Shown here one piece after another: positions 26,599 through 32,000 of a stretch of 32,000 bases of DNA. The stretch spans positions 90,001 through 122,000 of the forward strand of contig NBVN01000004.1 of assembly GCA_003056265.1 (NCBI GenBank). The letters run 5' to 3'. Source of the stretch: Zestosphaera tikiterensis (lineage in GTDB: Archaea; Thermoproteota; Thermoprotei_A; Sulfolobales; NBVN01). The notes under the pieces were generated by a model. The model was given only the letters and a program-made list of their open reading frames with translations. It was not told the DNA's origin and searched no databases. Within the stretch, counting starts at the first letter, position 1; each line of letters opens with the position of its first letter. The position numbers were made by a program, and so were the translations under genes.

Positions 26599-27358
26599 TA
26601 GATCCAGTGAGGATATGCTCGACCACCATATAAGTATAGGTTTTAAGTTAAAAACTATGTAGTTCAGCCAAAAACTTTACGCGTTAGTCTTGAACTTAAA
26701 TTTTTAAGCCATGGTCTATAAGTTAACGACGTTTAAGACATGATAGATCTAGAAAACTACCATGTTGAAGTTAATGAACGAAGAGCCTGAGGGCGTCGCT
26801 ATCATAGTTAGCTCGACCCAAGCATATTTATAGCTGGGTATTTTTGACTCTATAGGTAATAAACTAGGGTCGGATTTTAACGGTTAAGCAGCTTGTGAAC
26901 TCGTGGTTGCTGTTAAAAACGAAAGAAGCCCATGGCATACCACTCCCGTCCACGTTTTCTGGTTTCTGTAGATAGTTCATCATAGTTTCACGGTAGCTCA
27001 AAACATCAAGAAACCTTAAAAGACCTTCAATAAGAAAACTACTACCAGCCCTGCCGTGTGGTGGGCAATAACGTTTTCCATGGTTATTCCTATTGGCTTC
27101 AGTCCTTTTATTGCTATGATGTATGTTGATGTTGTGTAACCAAGACTTATAGCTACCTTGAAGTTCCTGAGGGAACAACACTCCCGTAGACGGCCCCGAA
27201 GAGATCGTGCTGAATCCAAGTAAAGAAGACGATAAATTAAATGAACCACTCTCGGTCTAACGGCAAAGACAATAGCGGATGCTCCATAGATGAGTTACGG
27301 GTGGGGACAAATCAGAAGCTTTATTAAGGTTTCTTTAAAATAATTTCGGTGAAATCTC

Positions 27359-29005
27359 TTGTCCTACAGTAAAGGTACTAAAGTTGTAAATCCGGAGGAA
27401 GCCCTCAGTAAAATACGCGATGGTTCAATCGTTGCTGTATCTGGGTTTAATATGTTGACTACGCCTGAGTACTTATTGCTTAAGCTTTATGAATTATATA
27501 AAAGAACCGGCCACCCTAAAGATCTGTTTTTCATAAGCGATACCTTACCGGCAGCTCCTAATATGGGTTTTGACTTAATAGCTAAGGACATCTACGAGAA
27601 TAAAGATTACGGCTTCCTTAGAGGTGTTCTATTTCCGTACGTTGGTTGGTCTGAATATACTCAGAAGTTAATCCTTGAGAACCTCATTGAGGGTTATACC
27701 TGGCCGATTGGTATTATGGCGTGGTGGTTTAGAGAAGTAGCGTGTGGCAGACCTGGAGTGCTAACTAAGGTTGGCTTAGGGACTTTCTTAGACCCACGTT
27801 ATGAAGGCGGCCTCCTTAATGATTTAGCTCGAGAGAGGAAGACGTATAGAGTAACGCTTGTTAGCTTAGATGGTGAGGAGTACCTACTTTATAAGGGTCC
27901 TAAACCAAACGTAGCGTTGATTAGAGGTACTACAGCGGATGAAATGGGTAACGTAAGGATGGAGGAAGAGGGAATATTGGGTACTGTGTTGAACATCGCG
28001 CAAGCTTCTAAAGCGGGGAGAGAGAAGGGGCTTGTTGTAGCGCAGGTACTTAGGGTAACGCCTTTCGGAGGCATAAAACCTAAGGAGGTTACAGTTCCCG
28101 GACCTTTAATTGATTACATCGTTATAGCACCTAGAGAGCGTCATAAGCAATCGGCGTCAATTGATTACGATCCTTTAATAGCTGGTGTGGTAATACCGTC
28201 AAAAAGCATGACTGCATATGCATCATCAAATGAGCTAAACACGAGAAAAGTCGTAGCTAGGAGGGTTGCTTTAGAGATGAGTAGGCTAGTAATGAAATTC
28301 GGAAGGCCTATAATAATAAACCTCGGCATAGGAATACCCGCGGAGGTCGCTAGAGTAGTACTTGAGGAAGAAATAACCGACTACATATTTCCCACAGTTG
28401 AATCCGGACCTTGGGGTGGTGACGCGCTCTACGGAGCCGACTTCGGCGCTAGTAGAGGACCTTACGCTATACTTCATATGCCAGATCAATTCGCCCTCTA
28501 CGAAGGCGGTATCATAGACGCCGCTAGCTTAGGGTTTATGCAGATCAACGAAAGAGGTGACGTAAACCCATCTGTAGTAGCAAACCGTGTAACGGGTCCC
28601 GGAGGATTCCCGGTAATATCGAGTGGTAGTCCTAGGATATACTTCGCCGGGGAATTCACTGCCGGCGATAGAGACATAGAAGTGAAGAATGGGCAATTGT
28701 TAATAAACAAAGATGGACCCGTGTTGAAGTTCGTTAAAACTCTGAATAAGACTGTATGGAATGCTTCAGAAGGTTTAAAGAAAGGGCAGGAGGTAATGTA
28801 TATTACAGAACGCGCTGTATTCAAGTTAACGCCTAACGGGTTAAAACTCATTGAGGTAGCTCCTAATATAGATATTGAGAAACACATCTTATCTAAAATG
28901 GAATTCAAGCCAATCATAGAAGATTACGAGCTCATGGATCCTAGACTCTTTAAAGAGGGTAAGGTAGGCCTCAAAGAAGAGATTGAAAAAGCACTAAGAA
29001 GATAG
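27359..29005 (+). CDS. Family-I acyl-CoA:acetate/3-ketoacid CoA-transferase (fused alpha/beta, YdiF-like)
   Basis: The 548-aa protein has N-terminal DGSIVAVSGF, the catalytic Glu region TVESGPWGG, and the GxGGF motif TGPGGFPV. It starts with TTG. Confidence 0.75.
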   Translation: MSYSKGTKVVNPEEALSKIRDGSIVAVSGFNMLTTPEYLLLKLYELYKRTGHPKDLFFISDTLPAAPNMGFDLIAKDIYENKDYGFLRGVLFPYVGWSEYTQKLILENLIEGYTWPIGIMAWWFREVACGRPGVLTKVGLGTFLDPRYEGGLLNDLARERKTYRVTLVSLDGEEYLLYKGPKPNVALIRGTTADEMGNVRMEEEGILGTVLNIAQASKAGREKGLVVAQVLRVTPFGGIKPKEVTVPGPLIDYIVIAPRERHKQSASIDYDPLIAGVVIPSKSMTAYASSNELNTRKVVARRVALEMSRLVMKFGRPIIINLGIGIPAEVARVVLEEEITDYIFPTVESGPWGGDALYGADFGASRGPYAILHMPDQFALYEGGIIDAASLGFMQINERGDVNPSVVANRVTGPGGFPVISSGSPRIYFAGEFTAGDRDIEVKNGQLLINKDGPVLKFVKTLNKTVWNASEGLKKGQEVMYITERAVFKLTPNGLKLIEVAPNIDIEKHILSKMEFKPIIEDYELMDPRLFKEGKVGLKEEIEKALRR

Positions 29006-29127
29006 ACGAGCCCATCCCATACTAAGCAGTATAGTAATCATGGGAAGTTTTTTATAATTGAGGATCTTTTAATTCAATTCTCGTTTAAACTTGAAAATTT
29101 TCAAAAATATGTTTGATCTTTAACATT

Positions 29128-30198
29128 TCAAGGCTTAAGGAAATCATTCACTTCTTCGAAGACTTCTTTTGGCTTCTCTAAATATGGTATGTGGCTCCCT
29201 CCAGGAATTATTTTAACCTTAACAGTGCCGCCTTTCTCTTCGTATCTTTCCAGCACATACTTTATTTGATCAAGCATTGGTTGGGGAGGGTATATATCTG
29301 GGCCAGGGTAGTTTGGTATTATGCCAACCATACCTAAGACTGCTGGATCCATAGCAGAGTTATTTGATACCATTATATCGTTCTCTCCATGAATCCATAG
29401 TACAGGCACTTTTTCCGATATGTTAACTATCGACGATTGATTAAGGTATTTCGGTGATATAGCGTTTAACACACCTCTAGTTCCTGGCGCGAAATACGGC
29501 CAATTAGGGCTTTTAACGTAGTCTCCTGGATAGTAGTCGTCTCCAACCTCCGCTTGGAAAATCATCTCAAGGAAGAACTCCTCCACCTCCTCCGGTAGTT
29601 GTATCCCTCCAGATCCTAAATTCCTTGCAAGCAATCGCGGCGACGCTGGATGATCTATGCCTCTATACTTCTCTTTAAGGAGTCTAAGAAACTCAGGATT
29701 ATATAACTTAATCAACCCTCCTCCAGAACCGGCATAGTCGTCATAGCAGGGTGTTCCGTAAATATCTTTCGTTCCACCCCATCCGTAGGGTGAGCCAGGC
29801 GCTAGAAGTATGATCGATTTAAACATTCTTGGCTTCGTTATGAACATTTGAAGAGCGACATTCCCTCCCATGCTATGTCCTAATACGTAGTATTCCTCGT
29901 ATTTAAGCATTGAAAGTAACTCTACAAGGTCATCTGAGTAATCGCTTACCCCACGCGTTGCGTCCACAGGACACCTGTCACTTTTTCCGAAAGCCCTTAG
30001 ATCCGGTGCTATTACATCATAATCCTCATCTACGTAATCAAGAACTATCCTCCATATGTCTGAAGACAGCATATTACCATGTATCAGAACCAACGCTTTC
30101 CTACGTCCTCTTCCCACAAGTTTATAATTTAAAGCGCACTTAGATAGCTTTACTTTTCTCTCTATAAATTGAGTGCGAGGGTAAATGGAAATTTCCAT
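29128..30198 (-). CDS. Alpha/beta-fold hydrolase
   Basis: It has an oxyanion-type HG (LVLIHGN), the nucleophile elbow GHSMGG, and a C-terminal His (GGSHIPY). Confidence 0.72.
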   Translation of the reverse strand: MEISIYPRTQFIERKVKLSKCALNYKLVGRGRRKALVLIHGNMLSSDIWRIVLDYVDEDYDVIAPDLRAFGKSDRCPVDATRGVSDYSDDLVELLSMLKYEEYYVLGHSMGGNVALQMFITKPRMFKSIILLAPGSPYGWGGTKDIYGTPCYDDYAGSGGGLIKLYNPEFLRLLKEKYRGIDHPASPRLLARNLGSGGIQLPEEVEEFFLEMIFQAEVGDDYYPGDYVKSPNWPYFAPGTRGVLNAISPKYLNQSSIVNISEKVPVLWIHGENDIMVSNNSAMDPAVLGMVGIIPNYPGPDIYPPQPMLDQIKYVLERYEEKGGTVKVKIIPGGSHIPYLEKPKEVFEEVNDFLKP

Positions 30199-30505
30199 AC
30201 CCCCAGACCTCTATTCTTCACTCTTTTGTGATTAGTTTAATGTTTAAAATATTTTTCGGTTAATTATGCTTCACAAGACCTTAATTCAGCGATAATGAGC
30301 TTTATTTAGGGGGATCCATTACATCATGTGAGGCCACGCACTTTAATCTGCTTGCTAGCAAGCCTTTACATAAACGCTCTACTTCATCAATACCTAGCCT
30401 AACTTAGATCTTTCCTACATCTTTAATAACGTAGTATAAGTAACCTAACAAAACGTATAAAACCCTAGAGGGGAAACTGACTTTCATCGTTTGATGAAAG
30501 TTTAG

Positions 30506-30580
30506 CGGGCCCGCCGGGATTTGAACCCGGGATCTCCGGCTCCGCAGGCCGGCGCCTTATCCTGGCTAGGCCACGGGCCC
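30506..30580 (-). tRNA. tRNA-Arg (anticodon GCG), no intron, CCA not encoded
   Basis: The hand-folded cloverleaf is acceptor GGGCCCG/CGGGCCC, D arm GCCU-AGCCAGGAUA-AGGC, anticodon arm CCGGC-CUGCGGA-GCCGG, variable AGAUC, T arm CCGGG-UUCAAAU-CCCGG, discriminator G. Total length is 75 nt. Confidence 0.93.
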
Positions 30581-30701
30581 TCAAACCGTATTACATTTAG
30601 TGTTTCTGCTTTAATGTTTTTACATGGTTTTTCATTTATCGTTATGTGGAGTTGTTGTTATTAAGGTCTTACTTCTTTTAAGTTTTTACGGGAGTGGGTT
30701 A

Positions 30702-32000
30702 ATGCCCTTCAAGAACGTTAAGCATAGGAAGTTAACTGACTACGTCGTTAATAATAATGCTAGCGCCAGTAGTAATAAGGTAACGCAATCATCGAACGTT
30801 GTTGTAGTTCACGGCAAGGTCTTTAAGTATGTAGTTAAGTCTAGCGACGTTAATCGATATTCACTTACATCAAGTAAGTTTGAGATCGTTACTTCCGTAC
30901 CGCCTGCGTATCTACTTGGGTCTTACTACGACGGCAGTGCTAGGAAGGCTTTTCTTAAGTTTTACGACGATAAAGAAGATAAGGTTTATGTGTGGTTTGA
31001 TCAAACAGGCCACATGCCCTACTTCCTTACTGACGTACCACTTAATAAACTACTTGAGAAAAGCAAGCTTGTTAAGGATCCTTCGTTTGAAAGGCTAGAA
31101 CAGGTTAAGAAGTACGATTTACTTAGGGGTAGGGAAGTAGCACTAACTAAAGTTGTCGTTAAAGACCCTCTGGCAGTTCCTAAGCTTAGGAGTTTAACAG
31201 GTAGCGCGTGGGAAGCTAAGATAAAATACCACGATAACTACGTATTCGACAATAAGTTAGTTCCCGGCATGAGATATAGAGTTAATGGGAAGGGCTTCTA
31301 CGAAGTTAGGGATGAAATCCCTGAAAACGTTATTAAGTTATATAAAGACGCTGTAGGTCAAGATAAAGAACTTCTAGAATTTGCTTTAAGACTAGCTCCG
31401 TTGTTTGAGGAGAAACCCCCGAAAATGAGGAGGTTGGCTGTCGATATAGAGGTTTACACACCGGTAAGGAGTAGGGTTCCCGACCCAGATAAAGCAAGCT
31501 ACCCTATAATCAGCGTTTCCTTAGTTTCTTCAGACGGGCTAAAGAAGGTTTTAGTCCTCGCTCGTGACTCCCTTAAGTTAGGGAGTCCCGACATAACGAC
31601 GTGGAAGGATGTGGAGGTAGAGATTTTCGATAACGAAAGGGATCTACTACTTGAAGTCTTTAGAGTTATTAACTCATACCCGTTAATACTTACTTTCAAC
31701 GGAGACAGTTTCGACTTACCGTACCTACATAACAGGGCTTTAGAGTTAGGAATCAAGCCTGAGGAGATACCTATAAAGAACGTTAGAGATTTCGTAAGCG
31801 TTAACCACGGCTTCCACATAGACCTTTATAGGTTTTTCAGTATAGAAGCTATTCAAAACTATGCCTTCAGCCAAGCCTACAAAGAGAAAACCTTAGACGC
31901 AATAGCTCAAGCGTTGCTTGGGGAGTCTAAAGTAGTTATTGAAGAAAGTGTTAGCGATTTAACATTAGCGAAGTTAGTTGAATATAACCTTAAAGACGCT
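30702..32000 (+). CDS. polB: Family-B DNA polymerase, PolB1/Dpo1-like (N-terminal 433 codons; continues past the window end)
   Basis: Not in the ORF track because it has no stop within the window. The ATG at 30702 opens a frame that runs to 32000. Motifs seen are Exo I AVDIEVYTP, Exo II LTFNGDSFDLPYL, Exo III EYNLKDA, plus DPSFERLE and VVKDPLAV blocks resembling Sulfolobus Dpo1 as I remember it. Confidence 0.88.
   Translation, partial: MPFKNVKHRKLTDYVVNNNASASSNKVTQSSNVVVVHGKVFKYVVKSSDVNRYSLTSSKFEIVTSVPPAYLLGSYYDGSARKAFLKFYDDKEDKVYVWFDQTGHMPYFLTDVPLNKLLEKSKLVKDPSFERLEQVKKYDLLRGREVALTKVVVKDPLAVPKLRSLTGSAWEAKIKYHDNYVFDNKLVPGMRYRVNGKGFYEVRDEIPENVIKLYKDAVGQDKELLEFALRLAPLFEEKPPKMRRLAVDIEVYTPVRSRVPDPDKASYPIISVSLVSSDGLKKVLVLARDSLKLGSPDITTWKDVEVEIFDNERDLLLEVFRVINSYPLILTFNGDSFDLPYLHNRALELGIKPEEIPIKNVRDFVSVNHGFHIDLYRFFSIEAIQNYAFSQAYKEKTLDAIAQALLGESKVVIEESVSDLTLAKLVEYNLKDA

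Noticed and set aside
26864-27249. Minus-strand ORFs of 105 aa and 77 aa in the long spacer upstream of the CoA-transferase gene.
   Set aside because: They overlap each other and have no motif, no promoter or Shine-Dalgarno context that I could see, and odd composition. I treat the spacer as non-coding or decayed. See the finding on 26599-27358.
30880-31819. ORFs 30880-31098 (+) and 31499-31819 (-).
   Set aside because: Both lie inside the open polB frame (30702 to beyond 32000), which shows the Exo I/II/III motifs. One is out of frame and the other is antisense.

Overview
This window looks like a chromosomal segment of an AT-rich (about 40% GC by eye) hyperthermophilic crenarchaeon or TACK archaeon. 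No database search was possible, so every call rests on motifs read from the translations and the DNA.

Layout:
- 1-17.4 kb: an information-processing core. It holds an aIF5B-like GTPase start, an aRF1-like factor, FeoB, ArgRS, CDC48, TmcA, a COG2263/METTL5-like methylase, Csl4, Rpo11, TFS, PCNA and PriS.
- 17.4-20.1 kb: an IS200/IS605 scar. It has tnpA plus a tnpB with an in-frame TGA, a second truncated tnpB, and a truncated MoaD/ThiS-like gene. A GINS-like gene follows.
- 20.7-30.2 kb: a metabolic and transport segment with an MFS transporter, M20 amidohydrolase, HPS-like enzyme, AEC transporter, aminotransferase, CoA-transferase and alpha/beta hydrolase.
- 30.5-32.0 kb: tRNA-Arg(GCG) and the 5' part of a Dpo1-like family-B DNA polymerase.

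Most interesting observations:
1. The aRF1 homologue has substitutions at the key residue of all three signature motifs (GGQ to GGW, NIKS to NIKL, YxCxxxF to YxTxxxF). It sits just upstream of a translational-GTPase-like gene whose P-loop reads GKC.
2. Two paralogous GC-rich hairpin RNAs each carry a textbook kink-turn, their own TATA box and a compensatory base-pair change. I cannot assign them to a known RNA family.
3. A third GC-rich structured island lies at about 1.46-1.62 kb.
4. A perfect 22-bp palindrome overlaps the feoB promoter.

No CRISPR array or rRNA gene was seen.
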